From SAR202 cluster bacterium bin16 (GTDB lineage: Bacteria > Chloroflexota > Dehalococcoidia > Lucifugimonadales > Australimonadaceae): a stretch of 64,000 nt of DNA. This document shows positions 33,623 through 43,602 of the stretch, in pieces; the first letter of the stretch is position 1, and each line of letters opens with the position of its first letter. The stretch covers positions 17,790 to 81,789 of the forward strand of contig MPMJ01000002.1 in NCBI GenBank assembly GCA_002238425.1, in the 5' to 3' direction. The translations under genes were made by a program, and so were the position numbers. The notes beneath the pieces were generated by a model, which searched no databases, had not been told where the DNA came from, and saw only the letters and a list, made by a program, of their open reading frames with translations.

Positions 33623-34539
33623 TGGGAGTTTCGGTAGCGGTCGGAAACCGCCTCATCACGCGCCACCTGCTCAGCGGACGCGTCGCCGTCGACTACCCGG
33701 ACGTGGAACTCGTGGACGCGGGCCCCGCGCCCGCACCCATCTTCCCGGCGATGGTCACGACGCGCCCGTACGACGTGGGCGAACTGACCATCGGCAACTT
33801 CCTCGTGGCGAAGGACAACGGCGTGCGCCTCGTCGCGCTGCCCATCTTCCCCAACCTCTTCTTCCCGCTTACGGGCGTGACCGTCAACGACGGCGCGGGC
33901 ATCGACGAGATCGGCGACCTTGCGGGCAAGCGTGTCGGCGTCCCGCTGGGGTTCGCGTCGAACCCCGCGGTTTGGCTGCGCGGTATCCTCGCGCATCACC
34001 ACGGCGTCGCCCCCGACAGCATCACGTGGGTCGAGGGCGAGAACGACTCGCTGCGCGGCGTGCCCTACCCCAAGCCGGAGCGGTTCGCCCGCGAGCAGAT
34101 GTCGGACCTCGACGCGCGGCTCGCGGCGGGGGACCTGGACGCGCTGGTGGTCGCGGGCGGGAACGCGGCCCAGGCGGACAACGTCCACCTGCTGGTTGAC
34201 GACCCCTACCCACTCCTGCAGCGCTACCACGAGGAGACGGGCGTCTTTCCCATCAACACGCTGCTGGTGATGAAGGAGGAGTCAGTCACCGAGTCCCCCG
34301 GCCTCGCAGAAGCGGTCTGCAAGGCGATGGACGAGGCGACTGCGCTCTACATGGACGAAGAGCCGGACGACTCCGTCCACCAGGGGCTGCTCGCGGGCGA
34401 CCTGCGGCGCATCGGCCTCTTCCCTCGGGGGCAGGGCCTCGACGTGCACGGCGCGTCCGTGCGCGCGGTCGTGGACTACCTCTACGAGACCGAGATCATC
34501 GGCAAGCGGTGGACGCTCGAAGAGCTGTTCGTCGCGTAG
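33622..34539 (+). CDS. PBP type-2 fold protein, distant paralog of 32025-32993
   Basis: The start overlaps the previous stop (TAATG). YDVGELTIGNF, ALPIFPN.FF, DLAGKRVGV and VFPINTLLVM parallel the upstream paralog. Confidence 0.45.
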   Translation: MGVSVAVGNRLITRHLLSGRVAVDYPDVELVDAGPAPAPIFPAMVTTRPYDVGELTIGNFLVAKDNGVRLVALPIFPNLFFPLTGVTVNDGAGIDEIGDLAGKRVGVPLGFASNPAVWLRGILAHHHGVAPDSITWVEGENDSLRGVPYPKPERFAREQMSDLDARLAAGDLDALVVAGGNAAQADNVHLLVDDPYPLLQRYHEETGVFPINTLLVMKEESVTESPGLAEAVCKAMDEATALYMDEEPDDSVHQGLLAGDLRRIGLFPRGQGLDVHGASVRAVVDYLYETEIIGKRWTLEELFVA

Positions 34540-34598
34540 CCGGGCGCCTCGCCAGTCCCTCACCCCACATCCTCCCCGTGTGACCTGCCGGTCACGCT

Positions 34599-34646
34599 GG
34601 ATTCCCGCTTTCGCGGGAATGACGGGTGGAAACGGGAATGACGGGG
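34599..34646 (+). repeat. REP-like family B, copy 4 (with a duplicated GGGAATGACGGG tail)
   Basis: ATTCCCGC 34601-34608 pairs with GCGGGAAT 34613-34620. It lies between convergent genes and is preceded by a GTGACC/GGTCAC hairpin. Confidence 0.7.
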
Positions 34647-34672
34647 AGGAGCGAGAATGACCGGCAAGGGCG

Positions 34673-36175
34673 CTATATCCGCAGGACGAACGGGTCCGGC
34701 GTGGTCTCGGCGAGCTCGACCCAGACGCTCTTGACCTGCGTGAACTCGTTGATGGCGTCGACGCCCAACTCTCGACCGTGGCCGGAGCCCTTGTAGCCGC
34801 CGAACGGCGACGCGTAGGAGAGCGCGCGGTACATGTTGATCCAGACGGTGCCCGCGTCGAGGTCACGGGCGAGCCGGTGCGCGCGCTTGATGTCGTCGGT
34901 CCAGATGCCCGCTGCGAGGCCGTAGCGCGTGTCGTTCGCCATCGCGACCGCCTCCTCTTCCTCTCGGAAGCGCAGCACGCCGAGCACCGGTCCGAAGACC
35001 TCTTCCTGAGCGAGAAACATGTCGTTCCGCACGCCGCCGAAGATGGTGGGCATGTAGAACCAGCCCGCGGCCAGCTCCGGCGAGTCCGGACGGCAGCCGC
35101 CGTAGACGAGCTCAGCCCCTTCGGCGCGTGCGCTCTCGACGAACGACTCCACCTTCGCGAGCTGGGCCGTCGTCGCGAGCGGGCCTAGCTCCGACTCCAT
35201 CGCGGCGGGGTCGCCCATCCTGATGTCGCGGGTACGCGCCACGAGCCGCTCTATGAACTCGTCGTGGATGTCCTCGTGCAGCAGCAGGCGCGAGCCCGCG
35301 ACGCACGTCTGACCGCCTGCGGCGAAGATCCCGGAGATGGTGCCGTTCACCGCGTTCTGGATGTTCGCGTCAGGGAAGACGATGTTGGGCGACTTCCCGC
35401 CGAGTTCGAGCAGCGTGGGCGTGAGGTTCAGCGCGGCCTGCTCGGCGATCTTGCGCGCCGTCTCCGGGCCGCCGGTGAACGAGAGCTTGCCGATGCCGGG
35501 GTGGCTCGCCATCGCGGAGCCGGTCACGGCCCCGTAGCCGGTCACGACGTTGAACACGCCCGGTGGGAAGCCCGCCTGCTCGACGAGCCTGGCGAACTCC
35601 AGTGTGGAGGCGGAGGCGTGCTCGGAGGGCTTCACGACGACCGCGTTCCCGGCTGCCAGTGCAGCGGCGAGGCTGAACGAGAGGAGCAGGAGCGGCGAGT
35701 TCCACGGGATGATGATGCCTACGACGCCTATCGGCTCGCGGAGCGTGTAGTTGAAAACGGACGTCTTCTCCAGCGGGATGGTCGCGCCCTGAATCTTGTC
35801 GGCAAGCCCCGCGTAGAAGTAGAAGTAGCTCGGCACGGCCTTGCACTGCGCGGACATCTCCCGGATGAGTTTGCCGTTGTCGCGCGTCTCGATCTGGCCG
35901 AGGTAGTCCGCGTTCTCCGCGACGAGGTCGCCGAGCCTGCGGAGGAGCGCGCCCCGCTGCGCGGGCACCATCCCGCGCCATGCCGGGTCCTTCACCGCCT
36001 TGCGCGCCGCCTGCACCGCGCGGTCGACGTCCTCCGCCTGCGCGTCGGGCATCTGCGCCCACGTCTGGCCGGTGTAAGGATTCATCGAGTCGTAGGTCTG
36101 CCCCGACGTGGCGTCGACCCACTCGCCGCCGATGAGCATCCTGTACTGCGTTACGCCGCTGACTGCCGTGGCCAT
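34673..36175 (-). CDS. NAD(P)-dependent aldehyde dehydrogenase
   Basis: GGAGG lies 8 nt upstream of ATG 36175. FTGGPETARKI, ELGGKSP and the catalytic-Cys region GQTCVAGSRLL. Confidence 0.9.
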   Translation of the reverse strand: MATAVSGVTQYRMLIGGEWVDATSGQTYDSMNPYTGQTWAQMPDAQAEDVDRAVQAARKAVKDPAWRGMVPAQRGALLRRLGDLVAENADYLGQIETRDNGKLIREMSAQCKAVPSYFYFYAGLADKIQGATIPLEKTSVFNYTLREPIGVVGIIIPWNSPLLLLSFSLAAALAAGNAVVVKPSEHASASTLEFARLVEQAGFPPGVFNVVTGYGAVTGSAMASHPGIGKLSFTGGPETARKIAEQAALNLTPTLLELGGKSPNIVFPDANIQNAVNGTISGIFAAGGQTCVAGSRLLLHEDIHDEFIERLVARTRDIRMGDPAAMESELGPLATTAQLAKVESFVESARAEGAELVYGGCRPDSPELAAGWFYMPTIFGGVRNDMFLAQEEVFGPVLGVLRFREEEEAVAMANDTRYGLAAGIWTDDIKRAHRLARDLDAGTVWINMYRALSYASPFGGYKGSGHGRELGVDAINEFTQVKSVWVELAETTPDPFVLRI

Positions 36176-36248
36176 CGCCTCACCTCCGCGTGGTGTGCGC
36201 ACGCTATGCAGGGGCAGATTGCCTGTCAAGAGGTGCGCTTGCCGTCCC

Positions 36249-37262
36249 TTACCCTCGCGCTGCCTCCAGCATGTCCGCGTACTCTTCGAGCGGTGTGCGC
36301 CCCTGGCGCAGCTCCGCGATGCGGTCGCGCCAACGTTGTGGGATGGCGTCGATGCCGAACCGGGCGCCCAGAACCGCGCCTGCTACTGCGCCGTTGGTGT
36401 CGGTGTCACCGCCTGCCTCGACCACGGCGCGCAGCCCTTCCTCGAAGTCCGGCGCGCGCCAGAGCGAGGTGAGCCCTGCTCGCAGCGCCAGGAGCGTGAA
36501 ACCGAGGTTCCAGCCGTCGAACTCGACCTCATCTATACCCAGGCTGGCAGCCTGTGCTACTGCGATCCGAACACTGCGCGGCATCCCCGCCTCGTAGCCG
36601 TACTGCGACAGCTCAGGCAGCGACGGGAGCACCGTCTCCTCCGACGTCGCGATGAGCGCGTCGGCGTCCATCGTCTCGCCCCGGAGCGCAGCCGCGATGC
36701 CGACGTTCAGCGCGACGCACGACCAGCCGCATCGCCGGTCCCAGTGCGTCGGCACGGCGCTGACGATGCTGTTCCGTGCCAGGGCTACCGCGTCGTCGCG
36801 CCACCGGACGGCGATGGGCGCGCAACGCATGAGGGCGCCGTTGCCTGCGCTCTTGCCGCCCCACGCCTCACGAGAGGCGTCCTCGATAGCCATCCCCATG
36901 GGTTGCCGCACATCGTCCAGCGTGCCCCGTCCGAGGCGCCGGGGAGGACTGCCCCCGAAGAGCGCGAGCACCTGGCTCGTGAGGTTGCCCATGCCGAGGC
37001 CGTTGACCTCGCCCCACTCCCAGAAGCGGTGGCCCAGGTCTTCGACGTCGAGCGGTCCTTCCTCGGCTGCCTCCGCGATGATGAGCGACTGCGCCAGATC
37101 GTCGTCGTCCGGGTAGCCGGGCCGGGCGGTGATGTCGTGTATGCCGCCCGGGAAGCGATGCCGCACGTCGTCTTTCGTGCGGCCTTCGACGGGGACGCCG
37201 AGCAGATTGCCCGCCGCGATCCCCACCATGAGCCCGCGGGCCCGGTCGTTCGCTGTGCTCAT
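36249..37262 (-). CDS. ADP-ribosylglycohydrolase family protein
   Basis: The N-terminal RARGLMVGIAAGNLLGVPVEG, GNGALMRCAPIA and the C-terminal GGDTDTNGAVAGAVLGA metal motifs. Confidence 0.8.
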   Translation of the reverse strand: MSTANDRARGLMVGIAAGNLLGVPVEGRTKDDVRHRFPGGIHDITARPGYPDDDDLAQSLIIAEAAEEGPLDVEDLGHRFWEWGEVNGLGMGNLTSQVLALFGGSPPRRLGRGTLDDVRQPMGMAIEDASREAWGGKSAGNGALMRCAPIAVRWRDDAVALARNSIVSAVPTHWDRRCGWSCVALNVGIAAALRGETMDADALIATSEETVLPSLPELSQYGYEAGMPRSVRIAVAQAASLGIDEVEFDGWNLGFTLLALRAGLTSLWRAPDFEEGLRAVVEAGGDTDTNGAVAGAVLGARFGIDAIPQRWRDRIAELRQGRTPLEEYADMLEAARG

Positions 37263-37266
37263 CGCC

Positions 37267-39168
<1,902 letters not shown>

Positions 39169-39389
39169 TGGGGAGTCCTCCGTGAGTCGTGCGAGCGCGA
39201 TGTTATGGGAGCGCGCCAGTTCCGGCAACGCGCGGTGCGCGGTGAGGCTCCGGCGGAGGGTTGGGGAGTCGTCACGCTGAGTGGAGCGCAGCGGAGCCGA
39301 ACCATCTCTCGGGAACGCGTGCCGATTCCCCTATCTCCGTGAGACCGGCACCGCGTACCATTCCGCCGGATAGCGAAGCGGGAGAGAAG

Positions 39390-41123
39390 GTGCGGGTCAA
39401 CGAACACATCCGGTATGAGCCTGACGAGCCGTGTCCCCTGCCCCTGGCGCTGGGAGTGGCGATTCAGTACATCGTGCTCGCCCTGCCGCCAACGGTGCTG
39501 GTCGTCATCCTCACGGTGCGGGCGTCCGGCCAGGACGAAGGCTACCTGACGTGGGCGATCTTCGCCGCGTTCATCGTCAATGCGGTCGTTACGACCATCC
39601 AGGCGGTCCGGTTGTGGCGCCTTGGATGCGGGCTGACAGTAGTCACGGGGCCGACGATCCAGTTCGTGGCCGTCACCGCGGCAGCGGTGTCGGACGGCGG
39701 GCCTGCCCTGCTGGCGACTCTCCTGGTCGTTTCGTCGTTTGTCCAGTTCGCCGTAGCCGCGTGGCTTCCTGTGCTGCGACGCATCATCACGCCGGTGGTC
39801 GCCGGCACTGTGCTCATGGTGATCGCAGCCACGATCATCCCGGTCGTATTCGACAGGCTGGTGGACGTACCGGAAGGGAAGCCCCCGGAGTCGGGCCCCG
39901 TTGTGGCCGCAGTGACCCTGGGGGTAGCTGCCGCGCTTGCCCTCCGCGCTTCCGGGATGTGGCGCGTATGGTCTGCGCTGGTCAGCATCGGGGTTGGCTG
40001 CGTCGTGGCGGCGTTCTTCGGCATCTACGACTATCAGCGGGTGATCGATGCGCCCTGGATCGGCATCCCGGATCTCCAGTTCCCGGGGTTCGACCTGACA
40101 TTCGGTCGGGAATTCTGGACGCTGCTGCCGACCTTCTCCATCCTCACGCTGGTGCTCGCGCTCAAGGGTATAAGCGACAACGTGATCATCCAGAACGCCT
40201 CTCAGCGCCGGCAGCGTGCGATCGACTTCCGGCAGGTGCAGGGCGCGGTGGGAGCCAACAGCATCGGGATGTTGCTGGCGGGCATAGCCGGGACGCCTCC
40301 CACGATGGCCTTTTCGTCGTTCGGCTCCTCGCTCATCGGCCTGACGGGCGTTGCAGCGCGCAGGGTCGGTTTCGCTGTCGCGGCCGTCTTTGTCTTCCTC
40401 GCGCTGCTGCCGAAGTTCACGGCCTTGTTGCTTACCGTCCCCGACCCGGTCATGGGCGCATACCTGCTCCTGTTGCTGGGGCTGTTCTTCGTCGGCGGCC
40501 TGCAGACGGCTACGCAGGAAGGCCTCGACCAACGGAAGGTGCTCGTCATCGGCCTGTCGTTCGGTGTCGCTATCGGCATGCAGCATCTCAACGTCATCGA
40601 ACTGGTGCTCGGGCCGTCGTGGGGCTCGCTCATCGGCAATCCGGTAGTGGCCGGGCTGATCGTTGCGATCCTGCTCACGGCGTTCATCGAGCTCAGCGGC
40701 CGCCGGGGCAAACGGCTCGAGCTCGCCCTCGATGACTCGGCGCTTCCCGCTATCGACGTGTTCCTGGTTGACGTTGCCGCCGGCATGCGATGGAACGAGC
40801 CCTCCGCGATGCGCCTGCGTTCGGCGGGCGAGGAGGCAGTTGCGAGCCTGATGCCGTTGAGTGGAAACGCAGGCGAAGGCAGGACACCGTGGCTGCATGT
40901 CTCGGTGCGTCCCGGCACAGGCGCGGTCGAGTTGGAATTGGTAGCGTCGGTTATCGGGCGCGAGAACCTGCAGGACAGGCTCGCATACCTGGAGGAGCAG
41001 CCCGCGGTCGCCGACCCGGGCGAGCTGTCGTTCCGGCTGCTCCGGCACTACGCGTCCGGCGTGCAGCATCGGCAGTACTACGGCATCGACGTCGTCACCA
41101 TCCGGGTCGAAGGTTCACCTTGA
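39390..41123 (+). CDS. NCS2 (nucleobase:cation symporter-2 / xanthine-uracil permease) family transporter with an extra ~135-aa C-terminal cytoplasmic domain
   Basis: LALGVAIQYIVLAL, multiple TM helices and GISDNVIIQNA resemble NCS2 proteins. The start is uncertain: GTG 39390 or an upstream ATG at 39261. Confidence 0.65.
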   Translation: MRVNEHIRYEPDEPCPLPLALGVAIQYIVLALPPTVLVVILTVRASGQDEGYLTWAIFAAFIVNAVVTTIQAVRLWRLGCGLTVVTGPTIQFVAVTAAAVSDGGPALLATLLVVSSFVQFAVAAWLPVLRRIITPVVAGTVLMVIAATIIPVVFDRLVDVPEGKPPESGPVVAAVTLGVAAALALRASGMWRVWSALVSIGVGCVVAAFFGIYDYQRVIDAPWIGIPDLQFPGFDLTFGREFWTLLPTFSILTLVLALKGISDNVIIQNASQRRQRAIDFRQVQGAVGANSIGMLLAGIAGTPPTMAFSSFGSSLIGLTGVAARRVGFAVAAVFVFLALLPKFTALLLTVPDPVMGAYLLLLLGLFFVGGLQTATQEGLDQRKVLVIGLSFGVAIGMQHLNVIELVLGPSWGSLIGNPVVAGLIVAILLTAFIELSGRRGKRLELALDDSALPAIDVFLVDVAAGMRWNEPSAMRLRSAGEEAVASLMPLSGNAGEGRTPWLHVSVRPGTGAVELELVASVIGRENLQDRLAYLEEQPAVADPGELSFRLLRHYASGVQHRQYYGIDVVTIRVEGSP

Positions 41124-41154
41124 CCCCCGACCGTCGACTGCCTACCGTTGTGCC

Positions 41155-41532
41155 ATGACGGTATTCCGGATGGTGATGCTCATCCTCGCGGTGCTCCAGA
41201 TGGCTTTCGCAGCGTTGACGGCCTTCGTGGGCTCATTCGCGGATGGGGGAAGCCTCGGGGAACGGATGGTGCTCGTCCTCGTACATCCCCTTGCCGCCAT
41301 AGGGCTGCTGGTGCTGGTGACGCAGCCGCAGCTTTCGCTCAGGGGGACCCGCGTCGTCACTGCGCTTCTCGTAGTGAATGTGGCAGCCGACGTGGTGATT
41401 GCGCTGCTGATCGCCGGAGGCACGGTGAAGGGAGACTGGGAGCTCCCGCTGATGTTCGCGGCTATCCCTGCCCTCGGGATCGTCTACGGGGCGAGGCGCA
41501 TGGCATCGCGCCCCCAGTCGAGCGGCGGCTAG
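41155..41532 (+). CDS. small integral membrane protein (about 4 TM), function unknown
   Basis: 125 aa, four hydrophobic segments, and strong GC3 periodicity in this frame. Confidence 0.5.
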   Translation: MTVFRMVMLILAVLQMAFAALTAFVGSFADGGSLGERMVLVLVHPLAAIGLLVLVTQPQLSLRGTRVVTALLVVNVAADVVIALLIAGGTVKGDWELPLMFAAIPALGIVYGARRMASRPQSSGG

Positions 41533-41603
41533 CCTCAGGCGTCGTTTGACGCTCACCCTGCCCGCTTCTAGACTCGCGCCAGCCTGTACGAGGAGTGTGC
41601 GTC

Positions 41604-42695
41604 ATGGCGGAGAGTTGCCTGGCAGCGGTGTTCGTCGGGGCCGAGCGCCCGTTGGAAGTGCAGGAGTTCCCGGTGCCGGACGTGGGGCCGGACAACATCC
41701 TCGTGCAGATGAGCATGGCGGCGGTCTGCGGGACGGACGCGCACAACTGGTACAACCCGAACGCGCCGCATCCCATCATCTGGGGGCACGAGAACATCGG
41801 CGTCGTGGCCGCGCTCGGGTCAGGCATCCGGACGGACATCCTCGGCGAGACGCTCCGCGAGGGCGACCGCGTGTTGTTCCACTCTGCGCCGTGCGGCCAC
41901 TGCTACAACTGCCTGATGGGGCTGCGCTGCACGAACGCTATCCACTACGGTAACTCGCACGTCGACCCTTCCTCAGGCACGATGCTGCGCGGCGGTTTCG
42001 GGCAGTACCTGCTGCTGGAGCCGAACCCCGCCATCATGCGCGTTCCGGACGACATGAGCACGGAGCGTGCGCTGATGTCCGTCATCGGCAACCACACAAC
42101 GATGAGCGGGCTGCGGAAGCTGAACGCGCCCGACCCAGGCGACACGGTCGTCATCCAGGGCTCGGGTCCCATCGGCATGGGCGCGATGGTGCAGGCGAAG
42201 GCCCGAGGCGCGGGGCGCGCCATCATGATCGGCGCGCCTTCGCACCGGCTGGCGCTCGCCCGCGAGCTCGGCGCTGACGAGACGATAGACCTTGCCGACT
42301 GCCCCACGCCGGACTCGCGTATCGAGCGCGTGCGTGAGTTGACCGGCGGCGGTCCCGACCTCGTCGTCGAGGCTTCGGGCGCGCGCACGTCAGTCCATGA
42401 GGGGCTCCAGATGGTGCGCTACGGCGGGAAGTACCTCGTCATCGGTCTCATCCTGCCGACCTCCGTGGAGATGGACCCGTCGCGCATCGCGGCGAAGGAC
42501 CTCACCGTTGCGGGCGTCGTGGGCTCGAAAGTGGAGAACATCATCCGCTCCATGCGGCTCATGCGTACGCGCATCGACGTGCCGGTGGAGAAGATGATCA
42601 CGCACCAGTACCCGCTCGCGCAGGTGAACGAAGCGCTACAGTCGCACGTCGACCTCTCGGCGATGGTGCCGGTGGTCAACCACGCGCTGACGTAG
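41604..42695 (+). CDS. zinc-dependent alcohol dehydrogenase (MDR family)
   Basis: AGGAG lies 8 nt upstream of ATG 41604. CGTDAH..GHE catalytic Zn motif, CGHCYNC structural Zn motif, and GSGPIGMG NAD motif. Confidence 0.85.
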   Translation: MAESCLAAVFVGAERPLEVQEFPVPDVGPDNILVQMSMAAVCGTDAHNWYNPNAPHPIIWGHENIGVVAALGSGIRTDILGETLREGDRVLFHSAPCGHCYNCLMGLRCTNAIHYGNSHVDPSSGTMLRGGFGQYLLLEPNPAIMRVPDDMSTERALMSVIGNHTTMSGLRKLNAPDPGDTVVIQGSGPIGMGAMVQAKARGAGRAIMIGAPSHRLALARELGADETIDLADCPTPDSRIERVRELTGGGPDLVVEASGARTSVHEGLQMVRYGGKYLVIGLILPTSVEMDPSRIAAKDLTVAGVVGSKVENIIRSMRLMRTRIDVPVEKMITHQYPLAQVNEALQSHVDLSAMVPVVNHALT

Positions 42696-42699
42696 AGGG

Positions 42700-43536
42700 C
42701 TACCGAACGTCGATGACTACGCGGCAGTGGTCGCTTGGACCCCAACGTGCGGGATCGTTCATCGCATGGACGCTGACGTTCTGGTCGAACCCCTTTGACG
42801 CGAACACGTAGTCCAGTTGGTGGCCGGTGAACGTGCCCTCGTTGCGCAGGAGTTTCAGTTGATGAGCGGAAAGGTAGGTGGGAACGTTCCGCGTGCCCGC
42901 CGGTAGACCTTTCGGAACAGGGTCCGCCTGCTTGTCGGCATCAGGCCAGCGTGGGCCCATGAACTCGAGCCCAAGAGCCTCCATCCGGTCGAATACCGTC
43001 GTATCACGGGGTTGGAGGGAGTACACCGTCTCCTCGTAGATGGTGTTGAGGTCGCCTGCGGCGAGGATGCGGTGCGATGCTGGATTCAGGTATCCAATGA
43101 AAGCCGACAGGTCAGAGATGATCCGGTGTGCTGATGCATCGGCGTAGCCTGCGCTCCATGAAGACTTGACCACCGGTTTGATCCAGCGGGCGTACATCGA
43201 AAACACGATGAATGGCTCACCACCGTCGATCGGCGTCACTCGTGCGGCAGCAATGGTGTTGGAGTCACTTACCGCAATCTCATTCGATTCGATACTCATC
43301 TGCGCCGCGTTGACTGGCTTGAACCATTCAATTTTCACGTTGTCGGACAACTTCACAACCATTGGCCAGCGGTCGTATCCGTAGGCCGCCTCACGTTGGT
43401 AAGGGCTAGAGTAAAGAGATGCCGGAGCCGCAGTTGGGTCCGCCTCTTGTAAGAGGGCAACATCTGCACCCATCTGCAGAAGCTCATTCCAAGGCGCTCG
43501 GCGCTTGGCGATATTCCAACACACGATTCTGACCAC
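42700..43536 (-). CDS. endonuclease/exonuclease/phosphatase (EEP) family protein
   Basis: AGGAGAG lies upstream of GTG 43536. IVCWNI....W..L....ADVALLQE at the N-terminus and SDHCRVV at the C-terminus. A/T-ending codons are far more frequent than in neighbours. Confidence 0.75.
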   Translation of the reverse strand: MVRIVCWNIAKRRAPWNELLQMGADVALLQEADPTAAPASLYSSPYQREAAYGYDRWPMVVKLSDNVKIEWFKPVNAAQMSIESNEIAVSDSNTIAAARVTPIDGGEPFIVFSMYARWIKPVVKSSWSAGYADASAHRIISDLSAFIGYLNPASHRILAAGDLNTIYEETVYSLQPRDTTVFDRMEALGLEFMGPRWPDADKQADPVPKGLPAGTRNVPTYLSAHQLKLLRNEGTFTGHQLDYVFASKGFDQNVSVHAMNDPARWGPSDHCRVVIDVR

Positions 43537-43602
43537 GGACGGACTCTCCTGGGGTAATTCGATGAGCCTGGGCGAAGCGGGTCGCGTAAGGACTGCTCTG
43601 CC

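Noticed and set aside
39268-39345. Sequence translating as ..LSGAQRSR.. that resembles a further REP family common in metagenomes
   Set aside because: There is only one copy in this window, so it cannot be supported as a repeat from the data available.
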